Source: the human T2T-CHM13v2.0 reference genome, Homo sapiens | NCBI RefSeq assembly: GCF_009914755.1 | Contig: NC_060930.1 | Length of the DNA stretch: 64,000 nt | Reading direction: 5' to 3' (one strand) | Shown: positions 1 to 10,050 of the stretch, piece after piece | Numbering within the stretch: the stretch's first letter is position 1 | Layout: the number at the start of each line of letters is the position of its first letter | The notes under the pieces: model-generated | What the model saw: only the letters and a program-made list of their open reading frames with translations | Databases searched by the model: none | Told to the model about the DNA's origin: nothing | Translations under genes and position numbers: made by a program

Positions 1-65
1 TCCAAAGGAAAGGAATCAGCATGTTAAAGGGATACTTCCACCTCCATGTTTATTACAGAACTATG
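1..65 (+). mobile_element. L1 3' ORF2 fragment (cut by window start)
   Basis: ccaaaggaaaggaatcagcatg...catgtttattacagaactat resembles L1 ORF2 3' end consensus. Confidence 0.6.
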
Positions 66-1731
66 TTATTATTCTGGTTTTTTTTTCCTGATCAGCTTTT
101 ATTGCCTGGACAATCTTATTCGCTAGTATTCTGAGATGTGAAGTGTAGGGTAAAAGAGATAGTTGGGAGGACTTGGTTTAATGTCCAGGAGCTATAATCT
201 AGTGAAGGAGACAGATTCTCTAAAAAGCTCTCTGTTCCTCTCACAAGCTTTGTGGTGTGAGTCACCACTTAATTCTTAAGGGTCTTCCCAGAACCATAAC
301 ATTCTACAGTTATAAACCATGACCTATAATAGAGGTACAGTATGTAGGAAGAAAAAATTGATTTTAAGTGGGAAGATCCCAGAAACCTTTATGGAGGTGA
401 TATTTGAGCTGTGACAGATACTTACAGCCCCCGTTATTACTTCTCAGGCCCATTTTCTCATACAGACCTTAAGAAACATTAAAAGTTTATTGCTAAGCAG
501 ATCCTATGAAGCTGCACCATGGCCTGTCTTCTTGACTTTATAGGACTTTAATGAGATTAATGGCTTGATGGATCACTGTGCTTTGATGATAAATAATAAT
601 AAAGTCCAGGGATGTGACAATTCTTATGTTATCCTTGATTCATATAGAAACCTTTATTTTATTCTCTTTTTTCCCTCCCACTCCAAGTAAAGGCCAAATC
701 AGTAAAAGGTCAAGCTGACTGGTATGGATTATTATAATATTGTTCTCAACCTATCCAGAGATCAATAGTAGATGTCATCATCCATTTTCCTGAAACATAG
801 ACACTAACTTCATTATCCTAATATATTAAAGAAAGAAGAACCTGAGCTATACTAATTTCATACTGCTCTTCTCGCGACTATCATTTGAACTTTACAATAT
901 CTGTGCATTAAAATGGTTTATAGTAATTTCTTACTGGAGCAGCTTTAGGATAAAAACTGATTCAAGCCTCCCAATTTACTTTGATGGATGTGTGAGTTTC
1001 AGATTTATGTCTTTAAGAAAAGACCACAAAATTATATCCTCTTTAGAAACCCTAGAAAAAGAGTAATGTCCACAACACATATCTTTCCTAAGCTTCTTGG
1101 TTTCTAAATACAGACACTGATCAAGATAATCATTGTGATTGAGAAGCACCTGTAAACAGCTCCTTCTCTGGTCATATCTACAATTTCTCAGGTCTTCTGG
1201 CAAGATAAGCAATTTTGGTAAGCATGAAAATAAAAAGTGTAAACTATTTAACCCATGTCTGTCTACAGTCATATCAGAACAGGATCTGTGATTTATTAAC
1301 TATATGACAGAGCCAATGATTGAACATATCCAAAATCTGATAACTTTCTTTGTAATGTTGGGTCTAACATCTACTTTGCAAGCTTTTTGAGAAGAAGAAA
1401 TATAAATCTGCCTATTTAAGTGCCTAGAAAACACATGGTATCTGCTCGATACAGTTTGAATTTGCTTGGATTACAGATCAGAGATTTCAAAGGTTTGTTG
1501 GGCTCAATCCAAACATCTTAACAACTATAGAGTGAACATATTATACAGAATGTAATGTAATATTTAATGTATTAAAACTCTCCGTATGTAGGATGTCGTA
1601 GTGATTAAAACATATGCCAAAACAATTCACTGCAATATACTCTAGAGGATGTTTTCCCTTTTACAACAAAATTTCCAGCTTTCATAATTTACTACCAAAG
1701 CAAAGAGAGCTTACTGCTTTAAAAAAAACCA

Positions 1732-2114
1732 GGTGGCTCCGCCCTCCGGGCGCGAGGCCCGGGTGGGCCAGAGAGGCAGGTCCTCGTCCCTCGGGCCCGT
1801 GGCGCTGTCGTGGATGAACCCTCTCTTTGGGTCTGTATTGGGACCCCTTTCCAGTACCATTTTTTCTAGTGAACCACGAAGGGACGATACCAGAAAACAC
1901 CCTCAACCCAAAGGAAATAGACTACAGCCCCAATTGGCTGACTTTGGCTATAGAAAAAAGAAAGGAACGAAAAGAGACAGTTTTTTTTGGAAAGCTAAGT
2001 CTTCCCTTTATCGAGTCAAGAAACCCCCACTTCTTGAGCTATTTACAGCTTTTAACAATTGAGTAAAGTACGCTCCTGTAAGGATTATAAAACAAAGTTT
2101 TGTCCAAAAAAAAA
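1732..2114 (+). pseudogene. Processed retrocopy of a spliced transcript (GC-rich first exon plus ERV1-derived exons); parent not identified
   Basis: GC/CpG-rich start abruptly in AT-rich DNA; A17 run at 2106-2122; direct repeat AAAAAAAACCA at 1721-1731 and 2115-2125; TTT/AAAA L1-endonuclease-type target. Confidence 0.85.
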
Positions 2115-2171
2115 AAAAAAAACCATAAAATGGTTCAACTGTTAAATTGTATAGAAATCTTTACACAAGAA

Positions 2172-2290
2172 GCAGGATGCAGTGGTGTGTGCCTGTAGTC
2201 CCAACTACTCGGGAGGTTGAGGCAGGAAGATTGCTAGAGTCCAGGAGTTCCAGTACAGCTTGGGCAATGTAGTGACACCTATCTCTAAAA
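2172..2290 (+). mobile_element. FLAM / free Alu monomer
   Basis: gtggtgtgtgcctgtagtcccaactactcgggagg...ccaggagttc...gggcaatgtagtgacacctatctctaaaa. Confidence 0.85.
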
Positions 2291-2399
2291 CAATTGTTTA
2301 AAACAATCTTCAAATAAAAGAATAAAGTTGAGCCTCACTTAAAAATAGTCTTCACACCTCTGAATCACCACTATACTCAACCTTGAGGAATTAGTTGCA

Positions 2400-2540
2400 T
2401 ATTACAACTTACATAATGTATCTTATGTCTCTCAATGACTATAATCCCTTGCCACCAGGATTGATGTCTGATTCTCTTTATATACTCTATAAACCTAGCA
2501 GGTAACCTTGCACACATTTAATGAATAAATCAATTTATTA
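2400..2540 (+). mobile_element. L2 3' end remnant
   Basis: degenerate L2 tail (gactataa...tgtctgattc...cctagca...atgaataaat). Confidence 0.5.
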
Positions 2541-3372
2541 GGAGGTGATGAATCACAGCAACATTATATACATTAAATCAATGCAATGCCTTATTCTAGA
2601 AAACAATGAAATCCTTGTCCCAGTTTTTTTTTTTATTTTTCTAGAGACAGATCTATTTTAGAAGACGAACCACCAACCATCAGATCATGGAGTAGATTTA
2701 CAACAGGACTTGTAAGCATTTTCCTGGAATTCCTGGCATACCAAATAATTATTTAAAATTGTTATTACAGAGCATATTTTAACAAGGAGATAAAACAAAC
2801 GGAATACATTTTAAATACCAGCGCTAGAATGATGGAGCCACTCAAGTTTGTCTTGTAAGAAAATATCTAAATGCTTCATTTGTTAAAAAAATGACTTTGG
2901 AAGAAAATGAAATGAGAAAGGCTGCCGCATATAAGAGAACTAGCATTTTGTGTGGCCCTAAGAGGCAGGCCCATTCCCTGTAGGTTAGGATTTATAGAGA
3001 GGCACATGTAGACATACTTTGACAGAACTTAAGTACCTTCTCACAGACAAAGCCGCACAGTGAAGAAATGTGCTGTTTCTGGGACTTCTGGTATTAAACG
3101 TAGAGGAGACATGGTGATAGAAATCCAAGATTTCCATGAGTAGTTTAAACATTTTTTTCCAACACAGTAATCTGTGCATCCATGATTCATAGTAAGAGGT
3201 TATTTTAACACTTTGGGCTCTAGTACGACATGAGATTAAGTATTAATGAACTAGATTAATGAGAGGAAAAGTGAGTAGGGAGAGGAGGCTAGAGGACCTC
3301 TCACTGAAGCTGAATTTTCTAATTTTCTTCCATGTTCTGCTAATCAGGGACTCATAGAAGCTTCTCTGTTTT

Positions 3373-3374
<2 letters not shown>

Positions 3375-3405
<31 letters not shown>
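3375..3405. repeat. (TG)n microsatellite
   Basis: direct reading. Confidence 0.95.
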
Positions 3406-3406
<1 letters not shown>

Positions 3407-5419
3407 TGTTTTCTTTTTGTTTTGCTTTTGGAGGGAGGGTATTGTGGGAAAGCTTTGTTGTATTTTTTGTAAGTGGTTAAAAATGCAACTCTGACATTCA
3501 TTTGATTGGCAAAAGAACTGAGAAAATTAGGTAGCTTTATGATTCTACCTGGTGGCTTGAATGCTCCATATTTTAAAAGTAGTGATCTCCCGCCAATGGT
3601 ATTCATTAACAATGTCTCAAAGGAAGTAGTGCCATCTACTGTGCTGCCAGCAATCATTCTTGTTGAATTTCTTTAGAGCCATCTAATCTAAGTATTGACC
3701 AATGCCTTGTTTCACTGATGAGATTTGACAAGAGCTAAGCCCAGAGTGTCGTGGCTTCCTACAGAGTAGCAAGAACTCTGATCTAATTAATCTCGACTGG
3801 CTCAGCTCTGGAAGTAGATATATATCATAAAGCTCTACTCCAATTGTGCATCTCAAAGAGATATTGTATGTTACAAAGTTATCTGGGATCAAAGACTATT
3901 TAAGATGGATTTTTGAAATTTTCTAGGGTTTAAAGTGACTCAAATAAATAAAACCAATAAAAACACAAACAATAAAAATTCAGTTAGGAAATATTCTGTG
4001 GACAGAAAGCAAAGTCAATATACTGTACTTCTCCTGTAATAGGCAGTATAGTTGCTCGTTTACTGTCGAACAAGAATTAAGTGCCAATCCAATTTTTCTC
4101 TAATAAGATATTCCATAAAATATCCATTAGGATATTTCAATATTTGAATCAATTGAGCATATAGTAGTTATAAGGGTAACATTTGAGGATGGTAATATTT
4201 TTTGCGCTTAACATAAATCATTTGATAACTTTGATAAAAATCATTTTGGTGTTAAAAAGTCATTTAAAAAATTCTATCCTGAATGGTAAAATCAGACATA
4301 TTTCCTCTTGCTGTCATAAGTCTTGACATTCATTCCTTCCACACTTGATACTGGATTTTAGTTTCCACTTTTATATATTATATCTTGGGAAGATAATTTG
4401 AAAAAAATTGGATACTGGAAAAGAGTTAACAAATTCTGTAATAAGATTGCAGAACAAACGGAAATAAAGAAGATGGTTTGGAGTGTATGATAAGTGTTAA
4501 TGTTATCAAGAGAGAAAAGAGCTCTTTTGGTGGCATTCCACACTTTCATTTTTGCCATTAACCAGGATAAGGTCAAGGTAAGTATTTAAAAACACATCTT
4601 ATTCATAAAGTATTGAACCTAGAAAATAAAATATCTAGAACATGATGCATTTACAATTATCCCCCGGGAAGAAAATACCTTCCTGATAGTGTGCAAACAC
4701 TTTGACTGTATCATTTTTATCATTTAATAAATTAGACAAAATTAGCCTTATGGCATAAATTATGCCAAGTCGTTTATATTCTGGTGTCTACTACGTTAAT
4801 TTGCTAAGGTCTTCTTTTGAAACCAACTAAATCAAGGAAAATAAGAAATAGAATATGACTTGACACTGTAAAAGTTTTCTTCCATAAGTTGATAATATGA
4901 AACATCTTCCTTACTAATTTAGAAGGAAGCACTGATATGAAAACTTTCCTTGGGGTGCTAATACAGAGCAAAAGCTGATCAGCAATCACTGACCTGCTCA
5001 GAGACATGCTATGCTGATCCCAAATACAATTCTACTAAAAATATCACATCGCCTCCAAAAGTTCAGGTATAAAAAAGCAAATGTTGTCCATTGTATCTTG
5101 TAATGAGAGTGGACTTGGGCAGAAAATTTCACAAGAATTTTATGAATGAAATCTTGGAAATTCAGATCCTGTTGATCATCAAAAGGGACTGTGTCAATCA
5201 AAATCAACTGACAAATTCCATCAGCTTGTAACTGGCTGAATCAAGAAGTCCTTCCTCACAGACTCTATTTCATTAAAAAGTTTGAGCTGCATGGGCCCCG
5301 CCAACTCGCCGACATTTCAAGATCTGTTCCAAATTATAGCCTACAATTTATTCCAGTTACTTTTAATTTTGTTTAACTCCAGGGATATGGTCCCATCTGA
5401 TTTATACCACATTCTAATC

Positions 5420-5581
5420 CCTTGCTACACAAAGAGAGATCCATGAGCGAGCATTATGGGCATTCCCTGAGAAATTACTAGAAATGCCAAATCCCAGGAC
5501 ATACCACAGATCTACTGTTTCAGAATTTGCATTTTAAATAAAATCCCCCAGCAGTGTCCATGCACATTTGGGAAACACTGA
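5420..5581. mobile_element. MER5A-like hAT-Charlie DNA transposon relic
   Basis: agaaatgccaaatcccagg...cagatctactg...cagaatttgcattttaa...tttgggaaacactg. Confidence 0.7.
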
Positions 5582-5604
5582 CCTAATCTTTACATATTTA
5601 ATTT

Positions 5605-5606
<2 letters not shown>

Positions 5607-5645
<39 letters not shown>

Positions 5646-5650
5646 TACAT
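5607..5650. repeat. (CA)n / (CATA)n microsatellite
   Basis: direct reading. Confidence 0.95.
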
Positions 5651-7227
5651 AATACACATCTTACATTGGGTTTATTGAGGTACATTTAACAGAAAATAAA
5701 TTCACCTTTTTAAGGTTTACAGTTCTATGAGATTTGACAAATGTGATTCAGTCAAGAAACCAGCACTATGTTAACGAAATTGAATATTTTCATCACTCCA
5801 TAAAGTTCTTTCATGCTGGTTTGCAGTTAAACACTTCCTCCCATCCCCATCCCCTGGCAACCACTAACCTGTTTTTTTTATTTCTATAATTTTGTCTTTC
5901 CAAATATTGTACATAAATGAAATCATTGAATATGTAGCCGTTTTTGTGCAGGACTTTTTCATTTAGCAATCATTTCTGAAGTTGTATATATCAGTGGATG
6001 CTTCCATTGTATCTCCAAGTGTTGTTCCAGTGGATAAGTGTACTGCAACTTGTTTATCCATTTACCCATTCAGCATGAAAATTTGAGTTGGCTACACTTG
6101 GTGATTCTGAATAAAGACTTTATTAAAATGTGTATACAGGTCTTTGTGTGGATATATGCTTATGTTTGTCTTGGGTAATTACCTAGGGATGAGTCATTGG
6201 TTAAGTTCATGCTTAACTTTATAAGATATGACCAAGCCAAACTGTTTTCCAATGGGGCTGTAACATTTTGCATTCCCACCCAAAATGTTGAGAGTTATCT
6301 CCTCCGGTAATGAGTATTAGCAGATTTTGGCGGTTTTCTTTTAACCTTTCTAATAAGCGTCATTTGTCATTTTAAATTTACATTTTCCTAATGACTAGTG
6401 CTGCATACACATTTTTCATGTGATAATTTTCCATTTGTTTCTTTTTTTCATAAAGTGTTCAAATTCTTTGCCCATTTTTAATGCTTTTGACTTTTTTCTT
6501 CATATTTAGATATGAAAGTTCCTTATATATTCTGGATATAAATCTTTTTCAGTTATAAGTTATACAAATATTTTCTCCCCATTCTGTGTTATTATGTTGC
6601 TTTTCATTTCCCTAACTGAGTCTTTGGAAGAGCAGAGGTGTTTAATTTTGATAAAGTTCAACTCACTCTTTTTTTATTTTTTCTGTTTTGTGCTTTTGGA
6701 GACTTACATAAGAATTGTTATCCTACCATTAGGTTATAATATTTTCTCCTCTACTTTACCTAGGAATTTTATAATTTTAGGTTTTACACCAGATTCCTAA
6801 TCTAATTTTGGTTAATTTTTAATTACTATGTGAAGTATTAGTGGAAGTCATTTTTTTACCCATAAACATCTATTTTTTTCCAACACAATTAATTGTGTTA
6901 TGTCCCTTCTACATAAATTATCTTAGCACCATTGTCTGAAATTGAGCATACAGCTATGGGTCTACTTCTAAGCTATGTATTTTGTTGCATTAATACTTAT
7001 GTCTCTTTTTTTTAAAACCAACACCAGACTGTCTTGATTATAGCAGAGTAGATAAGATTTGAAATAAATTGTGTGAAATTTCCAACTTTATTTCTCTTTT
7101 ACAAAACTGTTTTAGATAGTCTAGAGCCACTGATTTATAATTAATTTGTAGATTTTCTAAAAACCACTCCTTCATTTTTGATTAATGCGGGGTTGAATCC
7201 ACAGGTGCATTTGGGAGAATTTATATC

Positions 7228-7596
7228 TGCTCTGGTCTGAATATGCATCCCCTTCAAAATTCATGCTGAAACTTAATCCCTACTGTACTTGTATTAAGAG
7301 GTAGGGCCTTTTGGGAAGTGATTAAATGTTGAGGGCGCCCCCCTCAGAAACTGATTAGTGCAGCATAAAAAGGCTAGAGGGACTAGTTTAGGCCCTCTTC
7401 GCTCCTCCACTCTTCGGCGGTGTGAGGACTCCTAGAAGGTGTGATCTATGAGAAACAAGTCCTGCACCAGACACCAGGCCTGCCTATGCCTTGATCTTGC
7501 ACTTCCCAGGCTGCAGGGCTGTGAAATAAATTTCTGCTCTTCATAATTTAGCCAGTCCAAGGCCTTTGATTATAGTAGCAAAACCAGACAAAGACA
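7228..7596 (+). mobile_element. MaLR solo LTR (MLT1A/MST-like)
   Basis: TG...CA termini; 5-bp TSD ATATC at 7223-7227 and 7597-7601; MaLR motifs ccttgatcttgcacttccc and aataaatttctg. Confidence 0.9.
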
Positions 7597-7865
7597 ATAT
7601 CTTAACAATATTGAGTTTCCAATTACTTTGTGTGGTATATTTCTCAATTTTATTGTCTTTATTTTTCTCTCATCATTAAATTTGTTATTTTCAGGATAAA
7701 CATGTTGCATATATTTTGTTAGATATACTCATAAGTCATGGGTTTCATTCCATTGTAAATAGCACTTTTGATACATTAAATTCCACTTATTGATAATATA
7801 TAGAAATAAAGTTAAATTTGAATATTAAACTTATATCATGTGGTCTTACTATATTCACCTATCCT

Positions 7866-7978
7866 CCTTTCCCCTCCCCTCCCCTCCCCTCCCCTCCCCT
7901 CCCTTTCCCTCCCCTTCCCTTCCCTCCCCTCCCCTCTCCTCCCCTCCCCTCCCTTCTCCTTCCCTTCCTTTCCCTTCC
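7866..7978. repeat. (CCCCT/CCCTT)n polypyrimidine tract
   Basis: direct reading; abuts an antisense FLAM fragment. Confidence 0.95.
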
Positions 7979-7984
7979 CATACT

Positions 7985-8045
7985 GGGTCTTGCTATCTGC
8001 TCTCAAACTCCTGGGCTCCAGTGATCCTCCCACCTGGGCGTCCCA
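7985..8045 (-). mobile_element. FLAM/Alu fragment
   Basis: tctcaaactcctgggctccagtgatcctcccacc. Confidence 0.75.
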
Positions 8046-8516
8046 TCACTTATATTTTTCTAATAAATTTTTAATGGAATCTTTATAATTTTGATATAGA
8101 CAATCCTCTTCTACAATGAACGATAGCTTTATATGTTTTCTTCCAGTTGTAAGTGCTTCTTTTTCTTGCCTGAATACACTGACTAATATCTCTGGTAAAA
8201 TAGTCAAGTAATCAGAAGGAAGTAAATGATAAATAGTAGAAATCAATAAAATCAAAAACAGTAAAATGATGGGGAAAAATCAATGGCTGGAAATAGAAGG
8301 AATACCTTTATGCCAAAAAAATAGATAACATTCATGAAATGGATAAATTATAGGAAAAAGAGTGCTGAAGAGCACTTACAAAGAAATAGATATTTTCCAG
8401 CTTGTAGATTTTCTAAAAACTGCTGCATTTTTTTATTAATGTGGAGTTGAATTCATAGGTAAATTTCAGAGAATTTATATCTGCTGTGGTCTGAGTATGT
8501 GTATTTCTTTAGATGT

Positions 8517-8907
8517 TCCTATGGTTTGAATGTTTTTGTCCCCTCTGAAATTCATGTTGAAACTTAATCCTCAATGCAACAGTATTAAAAGGTGTGGCCT
8601 ATAGGAAGTAATTAGGAGGTGAATGAGATTAGGTGTCTTTATAGAAGGGTTTGACAGAAGGAATTCAACTCTGTCTCTCTCTCTCTTTTAACCCCTTCTA
8701 TCCCTTCCACTATGTTGAGGGCACAGTGTTCCTCCCTTCAGAGGACACACAAGGAGCCCTCCTGGAAGCTGAGACCAACCCTCACCAAGATACTGAAACT
8801 ACAGTGCCTTCATCATCGATCTCCACCTCCAGAACTATGAGACATAAATTTCTATTCTTTATAAATTACCCCAGATACTGTTATGACAACACAAATGGAC
8901 CAATACA
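8517..8907 (+). mobile_element. MaLR solo LTR (MSTD-like)
   Basis: TSD GATGT at 8512-8516 and 8908-8912; tatggtttgaatgt...aaattcatgttgaaacttaatcc...ataaatttctattctttataaattaccc. Confidence 0.9.
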
Positions 8908-9499
8908 GATGTCATCTGACATTTTCTGCATTATATATTTTTATAATCTAAGAACCTGCCATAACAGCTGTATACAGATGTGGTTAAGATTTTAGTTAGA
9001 TGATTACAGTTTCTTGGCTTGGAGCATAGTTTCTATTCTTATAGTGAGGTACGGTTTATTCAGCAGTTTTTCTTGTAGGTAAAAAGAGATTTTAAGTGTT
9101 TCCTGACTTGATAGTTTTCTGTGTTTTTACACAGTTTCCTTAGTGCTTCTTTCTAAGCTTTCTTTCCATAGATTTTTCAGTGTCTTCCTTTGGATTTTTC
9201 CAGTGGCAAGTTTTTTTTATTTATTTGATTCTATATTATTTGTTAGTATTTTACATTTTAGAGTGGGCCTTACTTCTCCTGTATTTTTTTTTCTGTTTTC
9301 CTCTTTAAAGACTTTTTGTGTCCTCTTTAATATATATTTTATTATTATTTCTCTTTTTATTAGATTAAACCTGCCTTCTTATTATGGATTTTTAACACAA
9401 CCTCCCTTGAACTCATGTAACTCCCTCAAGTTAGAATCTGATATTTCTGTTCCCTTTTGCAGTAAGTCCTACCTATATTGACTGTCTCTGTCTATTTTC

Positions 9500-10050
9500 T
9501 CTTATACTTGTGCCCCTAAGACATTGCTTCTACGACTTCATTGACTTTGCTATTTTCTTTGTGTCTATTGACTTTCTCATTGTTAAGTCCAATCCTCAGT
9601 TCTCACCTTAACTACTCAAAAACAGCATTTCAGATCACTGTGTTTCTTAAGAGAATTTCTTCCTTTGGACTCTGGAGCCCCACGTTCACTTTACTCTTTC
9701 TTACTTAACTAGATATTTTACCACAGTTCGCATTATATGAATGTCCTCTTTTGTTCAGCTTCTACACATGAAATACACCAGAAATAAGCTCTAAAACTCT
9801 TTGTTTTTTAATCTATAGTCTTTTCATCCAGTCCTATAACTTAGATACCACCAATACCTTGACAAATGCTAAACATGAATCTGAGATCTTTTCATGTCCT
9901 GCAGGAATATCCCTGGATGTTCCTTCATTCGGGTTACCTCTATCTAAATAATAGCGTCTGTCACTCTCTTTGACTTCTTTTTCTCAGAGAATGACAATGT
10001 CACCCTTTTATTTGCTCAGTACAAATCTGAATTCATAGATTACGTGTCTC
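9500..10050 (+). mobile_element. L2 ORF2 remnant
   Basis: degenerate L2 motifs (aagtccaat...cagcattt...cttcctttggactc; catccagtcc...tttagataccacc). Confidence 0.55.

Larger units (their letters stand above)
5665..8225 (-). mobile_element. Old L1M element, 3' UTR and ORF2 3' part, interrupted by a MaLR LTR and a FLAM
   Basis: antisense L1 3' motifs: tttattgaggtacattt, ccctggcaaccactaacc, aaactgttttcc...ttttgcattcccacc. Confidence 0.85.

Noticed and set aside
1732-1813. CpG-rich patch as a native promoter CpG island
   Set aside because: Only ~80 bp and enclosed within TSD/poly-A boundaries, so imported by retrotransposition.
7818-8088. Pro/Ser-rich and Gly/Glu/Arg-rich ORFs
   Set aside because: Read-through of the (CCCCT)n tract and FLAM.
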